Shown one piece after another: positions 13,476-24,920 of a stretch of DNA of 64,000 nucleotides. Numbering within the stretch: the stretch's first letter is position 1; each line of letters starts with the position of its first letter. The notes under the pieces are model-generated. The model saw only the letters and a list, made by a program, of their open reading frames with translations. It was not told the origin of the DNA and did no database searches. This DNA comes from Botryllus schlosseri (lineage: Eukaryota): the NCBI GenBank assembly GCA_051294905.1, contig CM119371.1, forward strand, positions 28,212,001 through 28,276,000, given 5' to 3'. A program made the translations under genes and the position numbers.

Positions 13476-14608
13476 AAGGGGTGGTCAAACTTTTGAGCTC
13501 GGGGGCCACATTCAACATTTGAATCCATTCGCGGCCCGCACTCTAAAAATTGAGATTATAAACTAAAACGCAATATGGGTTTTTGATTATATAGTGAGAA
13601 CATGGAGATAATATATGTGCTTATTTAAACCAAATCAAACATTATTTTGATGATATCGTACACGCTGGTCGATAGGTAAAGGCTGGTCGACCTCTATAAT
13701 CAATTTTTCAAAACTATAGAGATGAAACTCGGTTGTCACGATTCTTAGAACAGGATTGAAATTTAAATCTGTGAGCAGCGATCTGTTCATAGATTTACTA
13801 ATTCCGCTTTTTGTTCAGTTCCAGGACACACAATGCCGACAGCATCATAACCATGTTAGCTTCAGACACGCTTCTAATGTGTAAATAAAACATAAATACC
13901 CCAATTTTATGCGTACAGAGAACGAATCTACCTAAGACACGCGCGAATCGTTTTTTTGTGAGCACATCACTGAAATAATTAAAACTGGAGTGGCCAATCT
14001 GAAATCACACTCGTGATCGGAATTATGTCAATCTCGTTTAGGATATCTGTTATGTTTAGCAGTTGAAATCTTGCAAACTGCGTGGGCCTTGAGATCAGGC
14101 TGTCGGGCCAAAAATTGAACACAAAACATAATATAGGAAATATTTCCTTATAACAGGGGTTCCCATACTTTTAAGACACGCCCCACCCCGTTATGATGAT
14201 GAAAGATTTCGCGCCCCTTTTAAAGTCATATCACAAAACGGAACCAGGATGGCAGCAAACCAAACGGATAATTTGATGGTATGGAAGGTTACGACTGTGG
14301 ATGAGAGATTCTTAAATATGAAATTCAGACTAAATACAGAGCAATAAATATGAATCAGATATAAATCGCGCGGAGAGCGAAAAATTTCTTCGTTTGAGCT
14401 CAGTTTCGCGCCCCCTTCAGATGATTTCACGTCCCCAAGGGGGCGCGCCCCCTAGTTTGGCAACCACTGTCTTAGAATTATCATGTTGAAATATACTAAG
14501 AAAAAGTAATCAAGTAGCTGCATTAATTCGATATTTTTAAAAAGTTTCTTTAGACTCTCGCGGGCCGCACAGAACGGTGTAGAACGGGCCGTAGTCTGCT
14601 GACCCCTG
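13476..14608. mobile_element. hAT/Charlie-type element containing a nested MITE (14154-14469)
   Basis: Outer TSD ccctgggg / ccctaggg. Inner TIRs caggggttccca / tggcaaccactg with TSD ccttataa / tcttagaa. Confidence 0.72.
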
Positions 14609-17589
14609 CCCTAGGGTGTGGTATACCAACACTAAAAATACATTGTTTCGATGTCTGAGGCTTGGGTCGCGAGATGAAAAAACACCCTGATTTCGACCGC
14701 GGTCAAAAAAGTTAAGAACCCTTGTCTGATATCATCAGTCGTATCACCACATATGACGGCACCATCATACGTTAATTCGAATGATCCATGCGACAAGATG
14801 GCCAAGGCTCAATAGATTCATTTTTAGATTATGCAATAACTCCTGTTGGCACACCATGTATTGGCCGATTTTATTAAAAGTCGACTCCCATGCACACATA
14901 TGACAGAATACACGGCCTTTTCCGACGACACCAAATCTGAATAGTTTGTCGCGCGAATAGAAATATCCATCGAATGTTTGATAATGGCAGAATTCGTGGC
15001 AGTTGCCTATTCTGGTTCTATTTTCAGGGAGTGGATAAAATTCGAACTTTTCTCCAAACGTGATGCGCATGATGTAATAAATCAAGAGACATATTTTTTA
15101 TGCGGCTTGTCAACGGTTATATTCTGGCACCTCTATATGTGATTTTAGTATTTTGTGTTCAGTGTTCTCAAACGCCAGCAAATTACGCCATCCATGGCCG
15201 TGGTCGACGCTGAACGCTACGACGGTACCCAACAGTCATTTAGGAGTCGCGACTATATCTACTATTCAAACAAGTTTGGTTAAAATTATTATCCTTCGAG
15301 ATACAAAGAAAACATTCCAATTTGATTGTGTAAATTACGTAGTCTTACATCAGCTACATGTTAATCCTGGGCCAGTTTCGGAGGTATTGTATTATGAGCA
15401 ATAAAGCTGTTGGGTCATAGACACCTGGACGCAAGCAGCCATATATTGAAACGGAGGACGACATGTATGCAGTAGCGTGGTAATTAGGTAAACCAATTAC
15501 GGTAAGGTAGAATACACAATGTTATATATCGAATATGCGAAGTACCGTAAATACAAAAGTACCGCACTATACCTGGATCTTGCCGCTTATGTCTAGGTCG
15601 TAAATTAATTAGCATCACTGTTAATTTTGCGTTCCCGCACTTGATCCACGGTGCGTAATTTATTATGAAGCGATAAAATCTGCGTCATTGCTGCTATATA
15701 AGGTTACCAATAAAACATCTGCTTGACTAGATGTTTCCATACATTAATTTATTTTAGGTTGCATACTTTTGTAAATTATGGTCCGATGCGTTCGTGACAC
15801 TCAAAATCAGAGGCTCCTAAACTTTTTATAGTCGCGACGCCAAATTTCGATTTGAGAATGTTGCGCGATCCCACTTCTAAATTTGGCATGCTAGTTACCA
15901 ACATATGGTTCAGCACTGTAGCCCAAACCTACTCACGACCTATGTGTGAAGCTGACGACTATCCGCACAGTAACATAAATTATGAACTCGTCAAATTCCG
16001 TACGCATATAAGATCAATCAAGACTATAGAAACATAATAATCGAATTTGAACGATTACTTCGTATGTCCAATCGATGCATAGGCAAATACTGTTCCGTGA
16101 AAGGCTGTGTCTCGCGATTTTTAACTATCGACCGCGCCGAACGTGTGTATAGGCCTCTATAATGCTAGCACATAACACTACTGGTCGATCGTAGTTTTCC
16201 TGGGACGACGCGGAATTAGCGTTTTACTGATTTTTAATATCCTCCCTACACTTTATTTCTGCAGGCCAGTCATCAACCTTAGGTCACAGTAGGTAGCGCT
16301 TTAAAATGATGCTTCGACTGATCCGATACCTACTTTACCGGATTCGCATTTCTCAGAGGTCGTGTTTTCTTCTATCTTGGAAAATGATCTAAAATATTCG
16401 GAGCCGCCGATAGAATCTGCTTAATGGATTCTTGTAATAGTCATTGGTATTTAATTTCACTTCAGCTACAAAATTTTTATCGTGGTGGAAGAAAAATGGA
16501 TTTTCAGATGCTTTAGAAGTAGGACATCATTATTAATGGTAGTTCAAATTCAGTGCAAATTAACATTCCACCAAACATGTCAACTGTCGAAATTTTTGGT
16601 TGCGCTCCGCGATGATGTTTGCTACATATGTCTTTATTAATATCGACTCTTATTATAATTCATGTTATAAATAATTTACGCTTACTTTTAGATCGCCAAT
16701 CACCCATTAAAACACTGTCTTCACTATTGCTAGGGTTATTTTCAAACTAGGTATTGTATCCTGGAGCGCACAGCGTGTGGCAATCGAAGAAAGAGGCACT
16801 TTATATCACTTCTGAGAGTGAGAGCCCGTTGTAAAATAAATGTGCTTTGAATCTTTGTGGAAAAAATGATTACTTAAATATACTTATATTTCAAAGCTAA
16901 AAAATTAAATCGTTAGAATATTTTGTCGTCGCATTATAAAGGATGATACTATTTAGTGCTGTGGTCCACAACATCACATGAACGTTGTGTAATATGAGTT
17001 GCTTGGTTTGTAATACATCCATGTTGAAATTATTAACTGGGTGCAGTGCTAAATTCCATGTGAGCAGATATCTCAATCACATTATGAGTTGATTGACTGG
17101 TCAGGCAACGAACTGAATCAAAACCCAATACAATTAATTTCCCGTATTGCCAATCGCAGATGCAAATTCGGGATTTGTAGATCTGATTCGAACCACATGG
17201 TATGAGCGCCTACCCGATGTTTTTATAACAACTTTGATTTGATTCCAAATGTACAACATAAATGAATATATCGTTTATTAGTCGAGTGGTCCTCGGCCTC
17301 GGTTGAAGCGCGAAATATTCACGATAGTAAAGTCTCAACCCGAAAAGGCCGACTGGACTTTGACCTCTTACCAGTCAGGTGGTGACCAATGATACATTCG
17401 AGCAATAAATTGTGAACGTTGATAAATATTTTTTAAAGGTGGATATTCGTGTAAATATCTGCGATATAGGTAGATCATGTATCAAAAGGTTGAGTCAGCA
17501 GAAACTTTTTTGAAGATCGCAAAGCACCTAATCACAATCAGGTGGTCCGTGAGTTGGTATCTTCATATGGAAAACTTGGAGCAAACAGG

Positions 17590-18778
17590 AATATTAAAGT
17601 TCACTTCCTGTTCAGTCATCTCGCTATATTCCCTGATCATCATTGTGATTACAGTGAAGAGCAAGAGAAAAGGTACCACCAAGACATCAAAACAACAAGA
17701 GAAAGAGATAAGGGTGGATGAGATGAACGTATTATGGCAGACTATTGCCGGAACCTTTTCAGAGATCGCACTAAATTGCCTACAAGGAAAGATCGTACAA
17801 GAAACAATTTTGTTCCAAGATAAATTATGTTAATATCATAATTCAACTAATTATTTTAAATTTACAATATGCGGCTGACATCAAACTGATTGAATTAGTG
17901 CAACGTTATTTGAGTATTTAGGCAGAAAGTTATGTGTATGATTGGAGTTTATTTATGTAGGGGAGATGTGGTACCTATGAGACAGTGGGGCCGAAAATAC
18001 TTGGAAAATTATATGTGATAATTCCATGATTACCGTGCGCGAATTTGTCTACAGTTGCATGCTGGCAGAATCTTTCCTCACATGAAATGACTTTGAAATG
18101 CATGAGTTATGGAGTCGATGGCGGAGGATTTATGTTTTGGGGAGTGTAACATAAATTTGGATCGACTTATACATTTTTCTATATCACCTTCCACACTAAA
18201 AAAACCAGTCATAATTTTTAAGTGAAGTTTCGGGCTTGTATCAGACTATATAATGTCACATTGGACCCACCAGGTGAGGACCGATGATACCGTCGAGCAC
18301 CAAATGTTAAACGTTCATAAATATTTTTTGAGAAGGCGCATATTCATGTAAATGTCCGCGATAGGTAGTGCTTGAAACAAAGTTTCGGGCCCGCAAAATA
18401 TCTGCTAATATCGGCTGAAGAGTTGAGGGCCAGAGATCATTTTGCAATTTTTGATCCATCGGTACCACATCTTCCCTACATGGTATCCATTGAAGTTTCC
18501 AACTATGATAAATCTGATACCCCTTAATATAATGATGTTGCTGTATTTTGATTTAAAACAGTCTTCAGTATATAAAAATAAGAAGCAGATTGAATTTCCG
18601 AACCTAATTAAAATATTAAGCCGTTTTTTTATTTAGCCCATATAGCGAAAATATAAGATATTACTTGAAATAGCCCCTTGGATTATCTCCAAAACTAAAG
18701 TGATATTTGGAATAAGTTCCATTCAAACCACCCAAACCGCTTTTACCCATTCAGCCTTAAAATATGTGTTGACCAGTG
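17590..18778 (+). mobile_element. Chapaev3-like (CMC) transposon 3' relic with terminal repeat
   Basis: Reads IKVHFLFSHLAIFPDHHCDYSEEQEKRYHQDIK...*DERIMADYCRNL, in a different frame from the ORF-track call. Ends TGTTGACCAGTG followed by TTA. Confidence 0.7.
17960..18476. mobile_element. MITE with TA target duplication inserted in the Chapaev3-like relic
   Basis: TIRs ggggagatgtggtacc / ggtaccacatcttccc, each flanked by TA. An older partial copy lies near 17370-17520. Confidence 0.7.
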
Positions 18779-19728
18779 TTATTGACCAAAAAACGTCCAT
18801 GGGCCTGCAGTAAGCTGACGGAAAAGTTGAGATTTGACAAGAAGTGTTTGATAATAGCTGCCAAAGAGTTGGCGTGCCACTGACCATAGAATGGCGAGAA
18901 GACTAGTAATCACGACATAACGGCGATTCATTGGGTAATCGGCTATGGTTGAAAGATCACAACGGTGATGGCTTGCTGATCAGCTGTTCAAGAAGTCTGC
19001 TAACCACAGTGATTCTGTAAGCACATTGCAGTTTAGTCCGTAGATAATGATTGAAGATTATTTCACACGTGCAATATTGCGAAAGCGAAAGGTGGCGAAC
19101 TAAGTTCTTGTGCTACAGTTATTATATGGAGAGCAAAAAGAACCTTGCCGGCAATTATTTAGTAATTTTTGATGAGAAACACTATTTCTGGGCAAATTCA
19201 TTTACCCGAAAATATATTTTCTAGGGCTTCGCGCAATTTAGTTTCACTAGAAAACTAAGAATGAAAAAATAACACATCAAGTGTGCTTGATTTACAGAAT
19301 AGGGTCAAACTGTATACGCAATTTTGAAAAGACAGTATTTTCTTGGTATCGCTTTTGGCCGTAGAGGTGCCTCAGTCTATAATTGCACAGTAGGCTAGTG
19401 ACCATTAGTCAAATGCATATCCACGCTAGGACACATTACGATATAAACGTTTCGCTATACCTGCAATTCCGCGAAGCGTGCTGCTAGAAAGATCTATACG
19501 GTGATAACACCTAGAATCCAAAATGTCCGACAAATTTTTACCGAAATCGAAGATATGATATTACTATGACTGCGCCGCTCCGAAATGACAGCAACGAATA
19601 GTCCTCCCTTTGAAATCTGAGCCCCGAAATGCGACCCGAAGAGAAAAACAGTCAAGAAATACGGATTCTGAATCTTTCGAGTAGACTAGCGAAAACCTTT
19701 ACCAAAGGTCACGAAATAACAAAATACT

Positions 19729-20168
19729 TTAGGAAAGTAATTTGTACCCACCCGGACCTTCTATAATAGTCTCAACTGTGTGGCTTTGGTTTCCTAAATT
19801 TTCGAAGACACCATTTCCGTCCGCTCCAGCAGAAAATCCGAACACTTTTATGCTATATATGGAAGTACCAATATTATTGACCGAACTTAGATATAAATTT
19901 TTGAAGAATTTCGCGTGACCATTGTACTTAGGCATACTGGTTTTTCCCATCAGTTAAATTTGCGATTTTTGCATGGTAGGTCGACACACCGAAATGGATA
20001 AGTTTTGCGTTTGTCTTTACTTAACTCGGTCGTACCTGCGAATCGCATGATACCGTACTTGGTATGGACCTGCATATGTTTGTGTTGCTGTGAATTGTAT
20101 GTATCAATGACGTACGGATCTGTGAAGCGAAGCCCTTCCGCAGTTTCGTTGATTGGGACCAAGACCAT
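19729..20168 (-). pseudogene. Small minus-strand gene of unknown family (~146 aa if one frameshift is repaired), or two TGATG-coupled ORFs
   Basis: Minus-strand acceptor tttgtttccag (exon starts 20204) and strong context AAAACAATGG at 20168. ORF1 (72 aa, MVLVPINET...RKFN*) overlaps the start of ORF2 (73 aa, MGKTSMPK...YKLLS*) at TGATG. Adding one base fuses them (KFN-L-MGK). Confidence 0.45.
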
Positions 20169-21619
20169 TGTTTTGGCTGTTGACAAATTGTTGTGAGGGC
20201 TTAACTGGAAACAAACATTCTGTATCGTTCGTCTTATTCTTCAGTCAACAGGTGTTTGTGCAGGAAATATGCAGGATTATAATTACTCGAGTCATGACCC
20301 AACTCGAGTCATTTTCTCAAAATACCGAAACAGCTCGACTCGACTCGAGTCAATTTGTGTATTGACTCGACTTGAATTATGTAACTTCTAATTTTATTTG
20401 CAAGCGATTCAACATTAGATTTTTAATCTATGTTGAACGTATACTATGGGCGCTCAGTGTCAACAGTTTGTGGGGCCTGACGATGTCCTGCTACAGTCTT
20501 GCGCAGTGCTATGGTCCTACGAACCATTTTCTCCACTCAACGGGTGCCGCGAGGTCAAGAATTTTGAGAACCTGTGGGGTATAGCCTGGGTTCAAGCTCG
20601 CTTCGTCTGACTAAAGACGTTTTCCGATACGATATTAGTCTCCCTGTATATGGTATAAGCCTATGTTTACACGTGAACGCCTACAATTATTTCAATGTAG
20701 ATTATTGTTGTTGTGTTCAATAAAGTGCACCAATGCTTTACCACATGTATCTCCCATAGCCTACACATTTCTTTTGAAACTAGAGCTTATCAGCAATTTC
20801 AACCGATATTTTTGGATTCAGCCTTCAGGAATATATATAGAAATCAACGTTTTTTCTTTTCGGCCGCAAACAACATCGATAAAATTGTTGCACGGTGTAA
20901 TTGGTAACTCTGGCAAGTTTATTTTCGGTGCTGTAGGCTTCTCGAAAAAACCGACGAGTTCATGTATTTTTGAGATTGGTCCTATATATGTACAGTGTAC
21001 ATTGTACACTGTGAAGTTGGGTACAGCACGTTTATAACTTCAGTCACGATTCATTCTCAATGTGACGTTCAGAGAAATCTAAAAAGCGAAATGAGAACAC
21101 TGAATGCTTTGATTCCAACAAACACTCGTCAGAAAAGTATTTCTGACCCGCTGCCGGTTTAACGCAATATGTATGACTCGTCATATTGTGAATCTGTTCC
21201 TGCAATTTGAAAAGCCCCTATAAACCGAACATACTAATTTTTGGGCAGAATTTATTAAAATATGAAGTTTTAAATAACGTTACTGAATGAATGAAATGTT
21301 TAAGTCAACAGTAAATTATGTCGATGCCGTCTTCACAAAAGCATGTGACGAAGACTAGCCTTACACAGTAATACAATAAAGCATTTACCCGATCATATAA
21401 GGTAACAAGGTTATGATATGAATCGGAAAATTTATGAACAGAGCGGTGCTCGCAGATTCAAATTTTCATCCTGTTTTATGAATCGGCACAATGTACTATC
21501 ATCCCTAATTTGACAAATCAGTTTCTAATGATGACCAGCTTATAAAAAACTGGTTTATGTTTCTGATACATGTGCTTTAATATCAAGTCAATATTTGAAT
21601 TTGTGTTAAATATAAAATC

Positions 21620-21689
21620 ACTTCCTCGTCTTCGGTCATACGATCTAAAAAAATCTTGGGTTTTGGTTTAAAATCCGTATTGTACTATG
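21620..21689 (+). other. Possible 5' UTR exon of the NLR-like gene (start coordinate approximate)
   Basis: Consensus donor ATG|gtgagt at 21690 lies 190 bp upstream of the acceptor at 21879. An ETS-like CACTTCCT sits near 21619. Confidence 0.35.
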
Positions 21690-21899
21690 GTGAGTTCCGC
21701 GAATCCATTGAGCAGTTGAGTGCTTCCCTCGAGCTAAAGTGTTTGTTTATCCCAGTTCAAAGAGATATTGATAGCCGATGTCACCTTTTATCCTCTGTTA
21801 TTGCCAATAGTGACGACATTACATACGATTGATCCGGAAGCGATAATGTAATCCCTTTCCTATCTCTGATATTTTCCAGTTTCCATCAGAATTACAGGT

Positions 21900-22125
21900 A
21901 TGAAGCTGTTAGTTATCTACAAAGCGACTAGGAGAATAGTATACGTGACTGACAAATCAGATATCGAAGCTACGGTGGAGAAAACTTTCAAGAATGAAAT
22001 TAGCAACCGTCCATACAAAATCCAGTATTACGACAGGGATTTTGAAGAATACGTAGATTTGGAAACCATCGACATACAAGATTGCGGTAAAATCAAACTA
22101 ATTGTGGACGAATGTTTGGATAGCG
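21900..22125 (+). CDS. Coding exon for a PB1-like / ubiquitin-like beta-grasp domain; probable first coding exon of the NACHT gene
   Basis: Encodes MKLLVIYKATRRIVYV...KIQYYDRDFEEYVDLETIDIQDCGKIKLIVDECLDS. It has a basic N-terminal strand and an OPCA-like acidic motif (YYDRDFEEYVDL). Upstream acceptor attttccag ends at 21879; consensus donor G|gtaagt at 22126 is phase 1. Confidence 0.7.
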
Positions 22126-22312
22126 GTAAGTCCCACTGTCACGCGTACGTGATAACAAATTAGTTATCATTACTAGTGTTTTTTTTCTGGAAGGAAAAAG
22201 ATTGATGGGCGAGTTATCTTTAAAAATCCCAAAGCTAACCGATAAATCACTGTCAGAAGTGATTAGCGATATGGATAACGAAAGGATACCAGGTTTGTAC
22301 ATATACCAATAT

Positions 22313-24010
22313 TAGGGAGGTCCTTAAAAACGAATTCTGGAAAGTTGTTGGTCTGACCCTGCCAACATGTTCCCTTTGGTAAAAAAAACACCCTGTGTAA
22401 AATTTTATCGATATTCATTTATGTTCGGAGGTGGCTCAATGGATCCGAAATTCTACCCATATTAGGCATAAAACACATATCGTCACTTCATAGTTGCTGT
22501 TGGATCAAAGCTTGAAAACTTGGATTGCCTCTTCCGGGTTTTGGCTGATCATTGGCAGGAGTGTCATGATGGCCAATATAATTTTATTTCGCCAATTACG
22601 CTCTGCTCGGGGGCATTGGGGTACATTTTTGCGGAAGTCAGCAACAACCCCATATGCAAACTGTAGTTGATCCTCATTTTTTGTGAGATGGGGATAAACA
22701 TCCTCAAACATTACGTGGGACGTTTTGTGGGGTCGTTGGAAACAGACAATGTGAGCGTGAAGCTTTTTGCAGCAATAAAACTAGACTGCACCTTCTTTCT
22801 ACTGAGCTGTCGGACATTCAAGAAAACCATCGGAAAGACGCAAGTTTTCTTCAAAATAAGTGTTATGTTCTTTGTCGATTCAAATTGTCTCTAGAATGTT
22901 TTGAAGTTAATAATAACACAATCTAGTAGGTATTCTTTTACTTCCGTCTCTTTTATAGCTACAACTCTATAATATTTTGTTGTCGTCTTGTCCAGATCAT
23001 CATCAAACAACGCCACGCCACGCCTAATCACCCCGCACACGGAAACCACAGTTGCCCTAACATCTTCCTCACTTTATAGCTTTGGATATGTCGACAATAT
23101 TCCCATGATCCTTCTGCAGCTTCAAACCTTCACAATATTGTTGTCTGTTGTCCATGCTTCAATGTGGATGCAAAATAGAGCATGCTGAGTTCCCGCAACG
23201 CTCGATACCAGCTCGATAACTATTTAAACTGTGAACGAAATATCCAGACCTTTGAAAGTTTAGATCAATTTCGCCATCCGTAGTTCTTGATGCATGGCTC
23301 CGGAAGCTTCAAAGTGGATGCCTCGAAAATGGACAGCGCCAAGGAAAATGCAGGCCAGCTCCAGTAGTTCTCTGTAAGGATCGCTCGTCTGAGTGACTGT
23401 CACAGCTGTCTCCAATAGGTTCGCCTTGTCATTTGTCATGTCAGCTACAGAATCGGATTATAATGATCACTTGATCAGTCGTCGAGTTTTCAAATGTAGT
23501 GTGGTCAATATGACGTTATCTTCTTTTGAAGCACTTGACCAAGAGAACACAAAGAGCAGATTAAGTTATCAGGGCTTCCGAAAACGCTGATGTGGGCCCA
23601 GCATTTGCTCTAAAAGAATACAGGTTCTTTAGTGCCAACCGCCATTGAAGCACATCGCCTGGATCTTTGTCTTTAAATCCGCGTCTTTCAGAATAAAGAA
23701 GATAGCCTCCGCTTGTGCTTTTCGCTTTTCATATCCTGGGTCTTAACTTTGAGACTGAGCAGTAGCTGTGATTGGCCAGTGTTTGCCACTAACATAGTTA
23801 GTTCGTCAACAGTCTCCATTCCAATGACATCTGGGATTAGTTTGTCATCCCCGTGCACAATACGTGGAAAGTGTGGGTCTAACTAATATTTAACTTCTTC
23901 GGGTATGACTCAACTATTAACTATTAAAGGAACTATTAAAGCGAGTAAAACAATCGGCAGAAGACTTTATTCAACTTTACGACGAAGAAATCATCAATTA
24001 TTTCAAGAAA
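22313..24010 (-). pseudogene. Degraded DNA-transposon transposase, hATm-like (boundaries approximate)
   Basis: Minus-strand fragments with stops and frameshifts: IVHGDD, LIPDVIGMETVDELTMLV, AQAEAIFFILKD..KIQAMCF, CILLEQMLG, PYRELLELACIFLGA..GIHFEASGAMHQ..MAKLI, VVADFRKNVP. A tagggaggtcc-type end lies near 22313. Confidence 0.7.
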
Positions 24011-24477
24011 CTCGCGTCTGTCAGATGTTTTTTTCCAACCACCGACGATTATTTTGGGCCAAGGCTTTTAGCGTCACCGATTTTATGGCATCGCACTTTG
24101 CCCAGCCGCATGTTCGTCAAAATCCCATATCTTCAAGTGTAGGCTACTCGCGCGGTCATGGCCGACCGATAAATAACTCTCTGCAATCGTCCCGAACGTC
24201 GCACACCCCTAGACTAAATGCTCTTATCGGTCTCCGATAGCGTTAAGCGATACTAGGAATATACCCTTTTTAGTAGTAGCATGACCTGAAATTGTGCCCC
24301 GACAATCCCCGCCCCTGAGGCTATTTATATTTGTCGCTCACCCATAGATTATCGCGATGCGTATTTAGCATGTATCAGATATTTTAAGGTTTTATGAATT
24401 TCAATACCGATTTTCCATGTGTATTTAGCAATATGTATTGAATAACTTGCTTCCGAGAAATAAATAACATTCATTAT

Positions 24478-24920
24478 ACGTTTGATGATTAAATTCCGAG
24501 ACTTGATAATAATTTGCTTTCGACAAATAAATATAATTCAGATTATACATAAGTTTCGAAAACTATGATGTCTATGCAAGGCTATATTCGTCAGATAATA
24601 TTATTATGTGTATTTAGGATTTTTTATCTTCGCGGATAACATGACCTCCCAGATAATACTCATCAACGTTGAACTATAGGCGCGGTATTATGATGATTAC
24701 GTTAGATGATTAAATTCCAAAACTTGATAATAACTTACTTTCTGGATATAAATAACTTTCAGATTATACATAAATATCGAAAACTATGATGTCAATGCAA
24801 GATTATATTCGCCAGATATTCTATTAATATGTGTATTTAGGACTTTGTATCTTCGCGGATAATATGAGCTCTCAGATAACACTCATCAACGTTGAATTAG
24901 GCGCGGTTTTTATGATGATA
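24478..24920. repeat. Two ~221-bp tandem units in the left arm of the Polinton-like element, mirrored in the right arm
   Basis: The unit gatgattaaattcc...gttgaa...ggcgcgg...tatgatgat recurs at about 24481 and 24702. Confidence 0.8.

Noticed and set aside
14765..15085. 106-aa minus-strand ORF
   Set aside because: It has a non-ATG start in the track, no recognisable domain and no convincing splice boundaries.
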